Assembly: GCA_016748015.1 (NCBI GenBank)
Contig: JAAOMT010000088.1
Coordinates: forward strand, 91,969 to 155,968
From: Geosiphon pyriformis uo1
Taxonomy: Eukaryota > Fungi > Glomeromycota
Length of the DNA stretch: 64,000 nucleotides
Direction: 5' to 3'
Shown here: positions 26,288 through 39,420 of the stretch, piece after piece
Position numbering within the stretch: position 1 is the stretch's first letter
Layout of the letters: each line of letters opens with the position of its first letter
The notes under the pieces: generated by a model
What the model saw: the letters and a program-made list of their open reading frames with translations, nothing else
Databases searched by the model: none
Told to the model about the DNA's origin: nothing
Made by a program: the position numbers and the translations under genes

Positions 26288-26639
26288 AAGACCACATATC
26301 TTTTTTTTCTTTTAATTATTTATAAAAATAAAAATGCTCAGTTTTAGTTAAACTTTTGTTCTTTTTTTTATTTGTATTTCTGTATTGTATTTTTTTTTAT
26401 TAATTGTAATTTCTATTGGTATTGTAAATTGTTAAATTATTTCAAATAGTTGTTGTAAAAGTTTTAAAATCTTGTTTAAAAGATCTATATTGAAAGTATT
26501 ATTAACTTTTTTCTTTGTTTTTTTGGTATTTATATATTTATTTTATATAATTCAGATTGTTGTATATAGATTGTATTTAATGATAATGATTAGTTCTAAA
26601 TTTTATAATATATTTTCTAATCTAATTAATAAAATTTGT

Positions 26640-28890
26640 GTTCCTAGTTAAGATATAAATAATGACAATTTTTGTATTGTGTAATAAATTTTTAGATAAT
26701 TTCTATATGTAGTATTACAGATAATTATTTGAAGTGTTAAAACAAATAATAAACTCATAACTTAGTACTTAATAATTAATAATAATGGTAATTTCTGAAG
26801 GTTTTATGATTTAAAAGTTTTGGTTAAGTTCTTTATATAATAAATAGAGATTCAATTAAAAATTTTTTTTGTGAATTTTTTTTTCAATATAGTGGTTAGT
26901 TTACTTTGTTAGTTATGTTTTTCTAATAAGCTATTTTTAAAGTTTCTTTTTTTGTTTTACAGATCTTTTATTAAGCTATCTTTAATATTAATTACTTAAT
27001 GTTTAATCTTTTAATTAATTAATAAATACCAAAGAAAACAAAATAAAAAAAAATAAGAAAAGAAATAAAAAATTAGTATTTTATTAATAATTATGATTAA
27101 AAATTATTAGTTCAGTGTTGTTAAGTATCAAATATTATTAACATAGATTGTTAATAATATAGAAGTGATTAATATTTTTTAATTAAATAATAACAATATA
27201 AATTGAATAGTAATGGGTATTTTTATTAATATGAATATAATTCTACTTCAAATTATAAAAAACTATTTTTTAAAAAAAAATATTGAATAATTACTTATTT
27301 CTAACTACTGTTTTGTTTTTTCTGCTTCTAATACTTTTATTATATATATATAATTTGTATTATATAAAATCTCATATATTTCTACTTTTTTTATACTACT
27401 TTCTAGAAATGTGCCTTAATTTTTTAAAAATATGCTCACTCATTAAGTATTATTCTTTTATTAATCTATTTTATGATCTGTTTTTCTTATTTTTTTCTTG
27501 TACTTTTTTTCTATAAGTAATAGTGACTTTCTTTAAAATTCTGTTTTTTAATTGTAATTTGTAAGTTTTGTTGCTTAAAACTTTATGTATATAAAATAGT
27601 TTGTTCTACTTTGGGTTAAGCTTTTTATTCTACTGTTTTTTAGCTTTAATATAATATAATAACACTTGGTTTTCAATCTTAAATTCAACAAATTAGTTTG
27701 ATAAGCAATTTTTATGTCTTTTTTTTTGTTATTTTTAAGTATTACCAATATTATTAACTATTGTTTTATAATTTTTTTTCAATGTTTTTATGAACTAATA
27801 TGTTTTTTGGTACAAAATAACTTTAATATTTTTTTGATAATTGTTTTTGTTAAGAAAAAAGGTATTTTTTATTCAATAAGTAATGTAGTTTTCTTTTCAT
27901 AAACTAGTTCAAACAATGTAAACTAGATAGTATTTTGCTTTAATGTTTAATATACAAATAATACTAAGAGTATAAATAAGTCTTATTTTTGTATATTTTT
28001 ATAATTTATTTTTGTTAAATGCTTTGCACAATGTTTGGTTGAATCATTTTATAATTTGTTTGTTTAAGAGTAATATAATAATAATAATAATTATCATTTT
28101 ATTCTAAATTATTGATTTATTTTAGCAAATGTGCTATTAACAAAATAAGTTTCTTGGTTAGATAATAAATTTTTTAGGCATTTATATTAGCAGATCAGAT
28201 TTTAATATACAAATTCGGCTACTGTTTTGGCATCTGCTAGTTGAATAATTCTAACTTTAGGCCATTTAATAAGATAGTTTACAGTTACAATAATATAGCA
28301 ATTTTTTTTGAAAATAATTAAAAAAAATCCAACCAAATTAATTTTGATTTTATTAAATAGATTTTCAACTGAAATAAGTTGAAATGATTTTGTTATTCTG
28401 GTTTTTTTTTTGGTAAGAGTTATAATTAAAAACATATTTAAAACCATTTTTATATATTGTTGGCCAATAGTATATATTAATTGTTTTTTTAAAGATGATA
28501 TTTTTGTTAAAATGTCCTGCTGTTAGATTAGAGTATATTTTAAACAAAACAATTTTTATTTTTTATTTTTTATAACTTATTATAATATAATATAGTTTTA
28601 GTATTCTTAACAATATAATTAATTATCTTAAAAGAGGTAATTTTAAGCTTGTTTTTATATAATACTTGTTTTTAGTTGAAACAGTTTCTTCTTAAATTGA
28701 AGTATTGACAAATATTAGTATAGTTATTAATAAGTAATTATATCTATTAATCTAAAATTAAATTTAAGTTATTTTTAAAAAGCTGTTGGTATTGGTGTTT
28801 TTAGCTCTTTTTTTATAATATATTTTGTATAAAAATTGTTGTAAATAAGTACTTTATTTTGTATACTTTTCTTTAAATTATGGTTTGTTA
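26640..28890 (-). mobile_element. Decayed Gypsy element A, 3' part (RNase H end, integrase, 3' region, LTR remnant)
   Basis: 28202-28547 translate to integrase remnants (..NCYIIVTVNYLIKWPKVRIIQLADAKTVAEFVY; HSNLTAGHFNK-like). LTR-like remnant at ~26640-27250. Confidence 0.75.
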
Positions 28891-29031
28891 AGTACCCAAA
28901 TTTTTTTTTTTATATTTAACAAGTAAGGTCCAAACGTGACCTAGTGCAATACATCAAACAAATAATCTAAACTAGGTGCGAATCATGCACTCTCTACACG
29001 TGACCAGCCACTCAAGCCAGTTAGGACTACA

Positions 29032-32000
29032 CTATACACCTATATGCACAGAAACTAAACCCCCAATATCTGAAAAAAATGGACAAAACTTATGAAACCT
29101 GAAACCAACTCCAAACGCCTCAGCTACCCCCAGCAATCTGACTACACCAGCCAAAAACACCATAGACAAACCAGAAACTGAAGCAGGAGTGGAGCCATCA
29201 TTTGGAATCAAACTGTGCCTTTCCATAAACGCTCAGTGTCTGGCCTGGACCAACCAAATATCATCCCAAAATGTAAGACAAAACTCACACACAAAGCTCA
29301 TAATCCTTTTAGCACCCTCTTTAGAATCCTTAAAAACCAAGACAGACTCATGAAACCATTCATCGAAAACAAAGCCCTTACACAGAGCAACACCAACTCC
29401 AACTTCAAAAACACAAGAATCCAAGGCCTGTAAGACACATGAAAAAGAGTGAGAAAGACCAGAAAGAGCCTCCCAAGCTGAAGCATGAGCACCCAACAAA
29501 TGAGCATGGGCAACAGCATCTTAAGGACACAAAAAGACATGATCTGAGGTCTCAATGTCACCACAAAACAGACAGACCACACTGGAGTATCTCCTATCAT
29601 ATAAATGCTTGCGTACAGCAACAGGAAGCCAATAATAGAGAGCCTTTATAAAGTAAGTACAACAGCCTGCTATGCGCATACTGGTAAAACCGGATGCCAT
29701 GTGAGAATTGGGGTGCCACACCATAAAAGACTTAGACCAATTGATTTTAGCACGCAAACTATCATCCACAACATGAGAACCTACTCCAATTTCCCAACGA
29801 GCATGATGAACTGACTGAAAAACATCACAAACAAAGTGCCTAGAATTACCAGAAACTGCCATACCACCAGTACATAGAAAATGTTCACTGACTAAATGAG
29901 GTAGGCGCCAAGTAGAGAGAGCAGCACTTTTGGCAAGTGCATCAGCATGCTCATTGCCTGAGACACCTGAGTGACTTTTTACCTTAACCCAGTTTACATC
30001 CAAATTTTTTCGACGAATGACGGTAGCAATGTGATGATGCTCGATTCAACAGTGGTTCCTGAAATCCAGACGAACCATTGAAGACTCCGACCTACATGCA
30101 TTCAAAGCAGCTTGGCTATCCGAGAACAAGTCAATTAAACAATAAAAAGAAACACACTCAAGGGCCAAAGTGATAGCTTGCAGCTCTGTCAGAGTAGAAG
30201 AAACCAAACCAGACACTCCAATGCCCAAACCCAAGTTAATGTCCTCAAAAAAAACAGCAGTACCTGCTCTCATGTCAACAGTGCCCAGACCAAAAAGAGA
30301 TCCATCCGTATACACAGAAAGGCGGGCAGCATTAATGGTCAGCAAAGTGTCACGAACCATACCAAAATCATGAAAAAAATGAATATCAGAAACAGCATGA
30401 CCATCCACCAAAGAAGAACTTGAGGAAAGAGGTACAACACTACCAAGAAAGCAAACAGAAAGACCAAACTAGAAAGGGACTGGGCCATGAGAGTCCAGCC
30501 TCTTCCAATGCTTGAAGGTCTCCCAACTAAAAACATTACCATTACAGTCATGAAGCTGTTCCACAAAAGCGATTCGATAATGTCTGAGTGAAGAGACACA
30601 CTTAAAAAAACAGGATTCACCAAGAACCAAAGACATAGGAGTACTGCACCGATGACGAAAAGCACAAGCCAGAAGGCCTCCCAGAGACAAATCACACCCA
30701 GAAAAAATGCAAACCACACCCACCAAAAAATTGTTCGAGGGACTGATACCAACACGGGCTGGAAACAGCAAAGGATGATGAGGACGCCAGCTGAGAATCT
30801 GGAGGTCATGAGACCTATGAGAAAACAAGCGACCCAAGACACCAGTAGAATTTGCAAAAGCAATAACAAAGGTCAATTTACTCTCAGCTTGGATCTGTTC
30901 AAAAGTTCTTAAATTGTACAAAGAGGGGTGATGAAGTGCATCACTGGGGAAATCACGTGGCAATCCAGATTTGAACTTTAAGACCTTGTGTATCAAAGTA
31001 TCCTATTTATTACAGACACCAATAGAAACGAAACTGAACTAAGTTCTGTAGCTGATGATAGGAAAAAGAACTGCAGACACCAAATATGCACACTGTTTGT
31101 CTGAAATTGTCTTTCTCAAAACAAGATTCACAAAAAACTATACATCAGCCTCAGCTTTAGCCAGACTAGACTTCGAAAGACCCTCAGAAGACAAAAAAAT
31201 ACCCAAATAACAATGAGATTCCCCTCTCTTGGCAATGGAAATAGGTGCACCACTGATAGTCAAATGAGGATCCAGCACTTGGCAATTAATAGAGATGGCC
31301 ACCATTTTGTCGTTGTTCACAGAAATATCATTAAACCTAAAAAACTCACTAGCAACATCAAGAATGCATTGTGTAGCAGCCTGGCTGCTACCAACCCAAA
31401 TAGTATCATCGACAAAAGCACCGACAGCAAGAAACAAAGACAGCCCAGCTTGAGGATCTACCTGGCCAGTTCCTGATATGAAATGAGAATTCAACCTGTA
31501 GCCATACAAACTATCCTGTCTCTTGACCTCACACAAAAGTGAATCATAAAAAATACGCCAGAGAAGAGGCGAGAAAACTTCTCCCTGATCCAGCCCATTG
31601 TGGACACAATACCCATTAGTCAAGCCAAAGTCAGTCATTACTCTGTTAACATGACCATTGTGAATGCCACCAAAGAATCTAATAAATCTGTCACACATTT
31701 TGATCCTGACCAAACTTCTCCTAAGATGTTCCCAACCAACCAAGTTATAAGCCTTGTGCATGTCCTGTAAAACCAGCCAAAGTTCACGGTTCTTCTCCAA
31801 GGCATCCTCAACCACAGAACCGATAGCAAAAATGGAAGATTGCGTCGTTGTACCCTTCAAAACCAAAAAATTGTCCCCACGAAGAACATCAAAAGTGCTA
31901 CAAGCCAAAGAGATCCTATCTGAAAGAATCTTGGAGAGAATCTTGCAGGCAGTTTCAATTAAAGCTATTGGACGGGTGTTCATAAGAACTCCCTTCTATT

Positions 32001-33720
32001 CATATGGTTTAGGAATCATCAAAACCCAAGCTTTCTTCTAAGACCCAGGAACCAACTCGCCAACCAAACAGAGATTTAAAAGCACCAAAAGCATATCTAA
32101 GACAGATTTGTCACAATGTTTCCATAATTCATTGGAGATACCAGAAAGACCAGCCACTTTTCCATTAGGAAGATCCTCAACAACAGCTGACAACTCATCA
32201 AAACTAATCGAACACATGATGTTAGAGAAAGCACCATCAAACACATAATCCAGAGGCCAATATTGATGAGCCCAATTCTCAGACAAGTCAGACACCACCT
32301 CACGTTTTCTGGTCCATCCCTCCATAATTTCGTCCACCTTAGACTTAACCAAATCAGGCTCCAAAATCAACTCATCTTCCACAACCAGATGATCTAGGAC
32401 CACCTTGCGAAAAGGACGCTCCAAGACACTCCTAATGGTGTGACTCTTGTTCAGCTCAAAACTCTCCATTCTCCTATTAATAGCCTGCTTGATAAAGGAT
32501 TCCTCAGCGCACTTAAATTCTGATAATTTAAGAGAGCAGTACGATTTCCTTGCTTTGGCCAATACAGAACGAATATGATTAAAATTAGAACCTGAAAGAA
32601 ACAGGGACCTAACCACTGATGCACCAGGAGAGTCTAGTCTGTGCCACACCTCCAATAAAGAAGCAAAACTATCACTAGAAGCCAAACACGAAGCCTTGAC
32701 CAACTTAAAAACCAGCAGCTCCAGCTTGTGAAACCTAGAAGAAGTTTTGGTAAACACGCCATCAAAAACTTTGAACCATTTTTTCCTAAATATACTACCT
32801 GCTGAGAGAACCATAATCTTGCGAATAATGTTCCATATAGCGTCCACATCTGAAAACCTTACTGCCACACCAAAAGCATCCGAGAACATAGAGACATTAG
32901 CAGCTGAAGCAACCTTGAACTTCAACCACTTAGCTTCATTGGTACTTTTGACGTCAAACTTTCAACAATCTTTATTTGCTTGCTTGCAAAGAGAATTCAA
33001 ATGTGTATCCAAGAGCCTGCCCAAACCCAAATCCACCGAAACAGCTTGATGGTCTGTGTCAAAATGCCCACTGACATTCAAAACTTCATGACTCACTATT
33101 GCATTGACAAGACTCGAGGAGACGAACACGTAATCAATTGTTTTCTTAACACCCCTAGAATTTTTCTAAGTGGGCATTTTCACAGCTGGGCTACTGACTA
33201 AAGAATTGACCAGACCCAAATCAAAGCATTTTTTGAAACTTGCACTTTTATGAGAACCGTCTTCATTAAAATCGCCACCAAGAATGACAAAAGAAGATTC
33301 ATTAACAGCTTTTGCAATAAGAGAGTTGATATTGCCAGCTTGAGCAAACTGAGTTACCGAAAAGGCACCAGCATACAGTCCCAAAATTGACACAGATAGT
33401 TTATTCTTGAAAAGCAGCCTAATGGACAGGAGTCGACCAGGTACCTCAGAAACCTTGCACACATGACAAGCCAAAGAAACGTCCATGATAACAGCAACAC
33501 TCACACCCAAGTGACCAGAGTCCAAACCAGAAGTGAACATTCGGACATCATCGAACTTGTCTGCAATCCACGGACAAACCCTACTTCTTAATTTCATTTC
33601 AGTAATGATAGAGATTACATTGTTCATTTCATTATGCCACCTGATAATGTCTTCTTGCTTAGTGGGATTGTTCATGCCCCTGATGTTGTATGTAGCAACT
33701 TTCCAGACCAAACTGCTCAT
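29032..33720 (-). pseudogene. LINE ORF2: APE endonuclease, reverse transcriptase, RNase H, C-terminal zinc finger
   Basis: WKVATYNIRG, ILGGDFNED (EN); RPIALIET, QGEVFSPLLW, AFVDDTIW (RT); VYTDGS, TELQAI, SDSQAAL, WVKVKSHSGVSGNEHADALAK (RNase H); CLFCGDIETSDHVF. Several in-frame stops. Confidence 0.95.
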
Positions 33721-36498
33721 TGAGTGAGGGGTAGAGATGCCGAACATGCACCTATACTATCCACTTTGGCCGAAAGGCCCAGAATTGTTTCCATTAGACA
33801 CTTCATGCTGTCTTCCAGCTTAGACACTGAAAACATATTGAAAGACACCGCTTCTGCAACATTCCCACCACTAGTGGATGCACCTGAACTCTCACTCATT
33901 ACTACATCCGCCTCTTGATCCTGTGATGAAGGGGTCACCAATGGCTGACATTCAGGGTTAGGCTGGGGAACCGTTGGTCCGAGTGCATCCAACCTCTTAG
34001 CCAGCTTATTAACTTGCTCCGCAAGGCTGGCGAGACTGTGCTCAAGAGCGGCGAACCTATTGTTGACTTCCATCATAACCAGTAGGGATGGCCTCATCTC
34101 CGAAGAGGAGCCATTATCCACCAAAACATTCTGACTAGAGAGAGGAAGCAAAGAAGACCCACTGTTACCAGACAAAATTAGAGATATTATTTAGCATGAA
34201 ATTATCTTATAATTCCTATCATTAATTAGCATATATTATCGTTTCAAATGATCACTTATTATATTAGCAAAAATGTCCGAAATTATCATTTAATTAATAA
34301 CCCAAATTGTACACAACACAAATGTAACCTAATTGCGATGATCAATCATGCAATACCCCGAACTATGTAATATTCAGAAGTTTGCCGAAATTTGTAGAAA
34401 TTTGCTGAAATAATTGATAGTTCACCAAAATATCTAATAGTTCGCCGAAATAACTTGTAGTTTGCCGAAATGTATCTTTAGTTCAGCGAAATTGTAGAAA
34501 ATAGTAAAGTTCAAGTTCATAGAATAGTGTTACAATAAGTTGTATAAAAGAAGAGCTTCTCTCTTTGAGAAAATGTATCTTACTTTAGATTTATCTCTTA
34601 AAACTGTTCCTATACACACAAAAAGAAATAAGTATCAAATAATTTAAAAAACCAAATTCTTTAATTATTGTACTTAGAAAATCCCCAAAACTCAACTAAC
34701 ATTTCGAAATTGATTAGCTACCAATTTTAGTAAACTGTTAGTGACTCCAGGCCTGAATAGAAAACGTTTCTCTTGACAAAATTCTATTTCTTTTACATTT
34801 CTTTTATTTTTCTTTTCTTTTCTTATTACAATCATTAGGGTAGCCTACAGATGAGATTCCTGTAAAAGAGTTGACTTTTACAGCAAAGTAACTATACATT
34901 TTAGTGAGCTTCCAGACAAGCAATTCCTGGAAAAGAGTTAACGTTTACTACAACATAACTACACAAAGTAACTGGCAAGGAATTGGCTATTCCACTTATT
35001 AGCCCAGCAGTTCAAATTATAGGAGATAATTTGAAGTCAAAAATTCAGTTACTGGAGGTTCAACCACATCCAGAAAATGTGAATTCACAGCAAATAAGTA
35101 TCAACAACATTACAGAAAAGAGACCCAAAAACCTCCGGTAACACCGCGAGCAACCTTCGCCCATAAGAAACCACCAAAAGAGACCGGACGAGCAATTGGA
35201 GCTAAGCACTTGGCATAGATGATTGCCAGCCTGCTTTTATCTGTATCCGAGAAAACCCTATACAGCAAACTACCAGAGGAAAATTTCCTACCAACTGCAC
35301 AACCCAATGACATGTAACCCAACTTCTCACACTTGGCGCATTTAGCAGAAATGAGACAAGACCAGCGGAGATTGGCATTCCTAAGTACTGGCGTCATTCC
35401 CACAGCAGCATCCAATGACTCAGCAGAGTCGAAGCAAACAACAGCACACCTGGCCCGAGCATATGTAACAAAATGACGATCAATGACGCATGTCTTCCTA
35501 TCCACAGATCTAACAAAATCCCAGATATTATGAGCATTGGTCCCCATTGGTAATGTGTAAAGCAGCGCCCTATGTCAGTCTCTTGCATTCCATGCCTCCT
35601 TGTCCAAAACAGCCTTAGCCACTCGTACAGCATCTTTCCCGATTAGAATGGACCACTCAGCTGCGACCAAATCAGCCTGATCCGATTGCTCGAATTCCAC
35701 TACTGCCTTCTGCCACAGCCCGATTAACTGCATCTTGATTGCCTTAATAACTCCAAACTCGGATAGTGCAGCATGCACAGCCTCAGCCAATGTTCTAATT
35801 GGAATTTCTTTTATGACCACAGCCCGATCTGATTGCCCAGATGATTTTTTGAGATCGGTGTTTACTAAGATCTTTGCACTCGCAGCTTTATCAGTAGCTT
35901 TTATTAGACTCAATTCGGAAGTGAATGTCGCTCTGATAATCCCAGCAAATTTTGAGGGGGTAGACACCCCCCCCCCAAAACCATTGATTCCTGAAAATAA
36001 ACTCCTGATCTTTCTGAGCTTTTCCTGGGCCAAATTTCCTTCTACTGCTTTCAGATCTAAATCCAAAGCAAACAACTTTCTAACAGAAACATTGACCAGG
36101 TTTTTAAGAGAAGGGGGAAGCACCAGAGGGACATCCAGAAGAACATCATCATTATCATTGCCATCCAGGAAGTTGATCTTTCTCAAAAGCTTTCTCAATG
36201 CTTTCCTAGTTGTCACCCACAAATCTTTTGGCATTTGATCCAAATCTTCACCAACAAGCGCACCACTTACACCATAATCGAAACTTGTTTCCTCTACAAG
36301 ACACTCTTCTTCCATATCAACACTGTCAGATTCTGTGGTATCACCAGTCTCCGAATCCCATGAATGACCACTTTGCATCTTAGCAGAACCCTTTTTAGCA
36401 CTAACATTGTCTTCAAAAACACTGTCTCTTCTCTTTTTTCTTGACAGAACAGCCTTGAAACCATTCACAGAGCCAGAACTTTCAACTGTCTTTTTCAT
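33717..36498 (-). pseudogene. LINE ORF1 (RRM-like repeats, CCHC knuckle, coiled coil), split by solo LTR
   Basis: ORFs 35575-36498, 35110-35547 (CAKCEKLGY.SLGC) and 33717-34162 are collinear once 34163-35143 is removed. Confidence 0.85.
34163..35143 (+). repeat. Solo LTR (family 2), 981 bp
   Basis: tgttacc...ggtaaca termini. TSD ccac/ccgc (1 mismatch). gttcgccgaaat-type repeats at 34378-34490, then TATAAAA at ~34544. Homologous to 54655-55619. Confidence 0.9.
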
Positions 36499-36651
36499 GA
36501 CAGCAATACTAGGGCCAACAACGGCCTTGTAATCAAGCAGAAATGGTTTGGATTTATCGTACTGAATGGTAAAAAACTTCTTTCAAAAAACTTTTGACTC
36601 TTTTTTGGGATTTGTGGAAGAATGAGAGAAAAAAGTTTTTAGTAACCAAAT

Positions 36652-37800
36652 AAGTCTTTTATAATAAATATATAAATTAAATAATTGACAAAAATAGTGT
36701 TTTCAGTTTTATATAGTTTAATAAATAGTAAAACTTTTTAAATTAATAATACTATATATTTTTTCAGTAATACTAGTACTATAGCTAACATAAGTAATTA
36801 AATATTCTTAATTATCAAATCTAATTTGTAATAAAACAGCTTTTAGTGCATTTTTTGAATCATTTATAACAATAATAAAATGTTTATTGAAGTTTAAGTA
36901 AATTAAAATTGGTGTTTTTATAAGTTGTTATTTAAGATAATTAAAATTTTCTTGTTAATTAGTCTTTTATAAGTACAAAACATGTTTTAATAATAGGTGA
37001 TAAAAAAATTTGGCAATATTAAAGAAATTTTTAACAAATTGGCAATAGTATTTGATTAGTTTTAAAAAAAATTTTAGTTTTTGTAAATTGGTTGGAGCAA
37101 AAAAATTTTTAACCTTTTGAATTTTGTTAAAATTTGGTTTTATTTTATTTTTGCTGATAATATATTCAAAAAATTTTAGCTTGGTTTTTTTAAAAAACAT
37201 TTGTTAAGATTAAGTTTTAATCCTAAATTCTAGAGACAATTAAAGACTTGTTGGAGATAACACAGAAGATTTCAAAAAATTCTCTTGTATATAACATCTA
37301 TAAGACATTAAAATATAGTTAATGCATTATAAAATTCAAAAAACATTACATTAAATTCGAAATTTTTATCTCAGATGATTAATGTTATTTTTTTTTGTTT
37401 AAGAAATTCATTTCAACTTGCTAATATTTGTTGGTTAAATCTAAGGATAAAAACTATTTTTTATTTTCTAAATTATCCAGAATTTTCTAAATAAGAAGAG
37501 TCAAATAACCATCTCTTTAAATTATACTATTATGTTTTTGATAATCTGCATAGAAACAAATTTTTTTATTTTTTTTGGTAATTAATATAACAAATAAAAC
37601 CAGAAGCTTAGCAAGTTAAATTTTTTACTTCACTGTTTTTTAGTTTTAATTCTGTGTAAAAAAACTTTATTTCTAATTTTAAATTTATTAATGACAAGTG
37701 GCAATTTTTTATTATGCTATTTTTTTTATTGTGCTTAAAAGTGTTTAATATAGATAACTATAATTTGTTATTTTTTTTTTAGCATATTGAAAAAAGTATA
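36652..37800 (-). mobile_element. pol: Decayed Gypsy element A, RT/RNase H part
   Basis: 36967-37200 gives FFKKTKLKFF..IKPNFNKIQKVKNF.APTNLQKL..FL. The RNase H reading (YTDHKELIWLL-like) continues across the LINE insertion into 28890. Confidence 0.75.
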
Positions 37801-39420
37801 AACTCTTTATTAAAATGGTTTTTAAAAGTTTTTTTTGTAATTGATTGTACTAAATATGTTTTTATAATAAAATTAATTGGTAATGTTGTTGTTTTTTCAT
37901 ATATTAATTCAAATAGTATATGTTTTGTAATATCTTGTTTTAATATTCTGTAGACTAATAATACTAATAGAATAAAAATATCCTATTTCTGTTCAAAATT
38001 AGTTAAGATTTGGTTAATAATTCACATAGTGTTCAGTTGAATTGTTCTACTAATTTATTTATTTATGAGTAATAGAATAATGATAATAGTTTTTTAATAT
38101 TAAATTGTTTACAAATTTTTTGTATTAGATTGTTTATAAAATATGTTTTTTGATTAGATAAGAGTTTGATTGAACATCTATGTCTACAAATAATGTTTTT
38201 ATAGATAAAATTGGCTACTAATTTTGTATTTATATATTAAATAACTCTAATTTCAGATCATTTGGTAAAATAATCTATTGTAATTGTAATATAATAGTTT
38301 TCTTGAATAATAATAAGCAATTGTTTTTTAAATTGTACTGTTTTTTCTTAAATATGTTGATAAAACTGTATGCATATTGTATAAAATTGTTTTTTTATTT
38401 TGTTGAACTAATCTGAGTAAATTTATTAAGTTTTGGCAATTTTAATAATAGATTTTATTGTGGTAAATATAATATTGTTTTGCTTGGTTTTGTAATCAGT
38501 GTTTTTTAAAGACCAATTTTTTAGCATATTAAGAGTCTTAAAATAATTTTTGATATTGTTTTAGTTTTTGGAATTTATTGTTTTGTTGCTAATTTATTTA
38601 TTAAGTTGGTTGGATATTGGTATTAATTTTAATTTTGCCTTATTCTAAAAAGACTATCAATATTTGTATGTAATTTTTTTAGTTTGTAATAAACAATATA
38701 TTTGTAATTGGCTAAGAAATTAGTCTATTAAGATTGGTTTATATTAAGTTTAAAACTTGTTTTATTAAGCTATTTGAGGACAATATTATTAGTAATAATG
38801 TTAAATTAAAAGTTATTTTGAAAATATTATTAAAAGTGTTTAAAAGTCTAGATAATAGCTATTGCTTTTAATTTAATAAAGCCATATTTGGTTTTCGTGA
38901 ATTTGAGTATTTTGTTAGTATAAGCAATAATTTGTTCATTGTTATTGTTATCTAATTGTATTAAAATAACACTAAATATTATATATGAAACATTAATGAC
39001 TAGTTAAAACTATTTGTTGAAGTTTGTATAAGCAAAAACTGAAGTAGTAGTTAATTTTTTTTTAGAGTGTTAAAAGCTTTTTGTTGAACTAGAATTCATT
39101 AGTATTTTATATTTTTGTTGGTTAAATAGTTAAGTGGTTTAACAATTTCTGAAATCTTTTGATAAATTTCTAATAATAAGAGACTAATCTTATAAATCCT
39201 CTTAATTCAATAGTATTGCAGAGAATTTAGAAGTTTTTTATAATGTTAATAGTTTCTAAATTGGATTGAATTCTATTTTTGCTAAAAATATGTTCAAAAA
39301 AAATTAAACTTATTTTTTCAAATTGGTATTTTTTAATATTTAGTTTTAATTTTGCTTTCTATAATTATTAAAAAACTTATAGATAAATTAAATGAGCTTT
39401 AAAAGTTAAAAAATAAATAT
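37800..39420 (-). mobile_element. pol: Decayed Gypsy element B, RT-end/RNase H/integrase part
   Basis: 38020-38090 is the reverse complement of integrase 46630-46700. The RT reading continues from 49116 across the 39421-49115 insertion. Confidence 0.65.

Larger units (their letters stand above)
28902..36641 (-). mobile_element. Full-length LINE (APE endonuclease-RT-RNase H), interrupted by a solo LTR
   Basis: Poly(T) at 28901-28911. Imperfect 11-bp TSD agtacccaaat/agtaaccaaat (28891-28901, 36642-36652). ORF1 and ORF2 recognisable throughout. Confidence 0.93.

Noticed and set aside
27283-27902. Hydrophobic F/L/I-rich short ORFs (also 39423-39605, 48160-48342, 55797-55985)
   Set aside because: Chance frames in T-rich strands of decayed TEs and LTR arrays.
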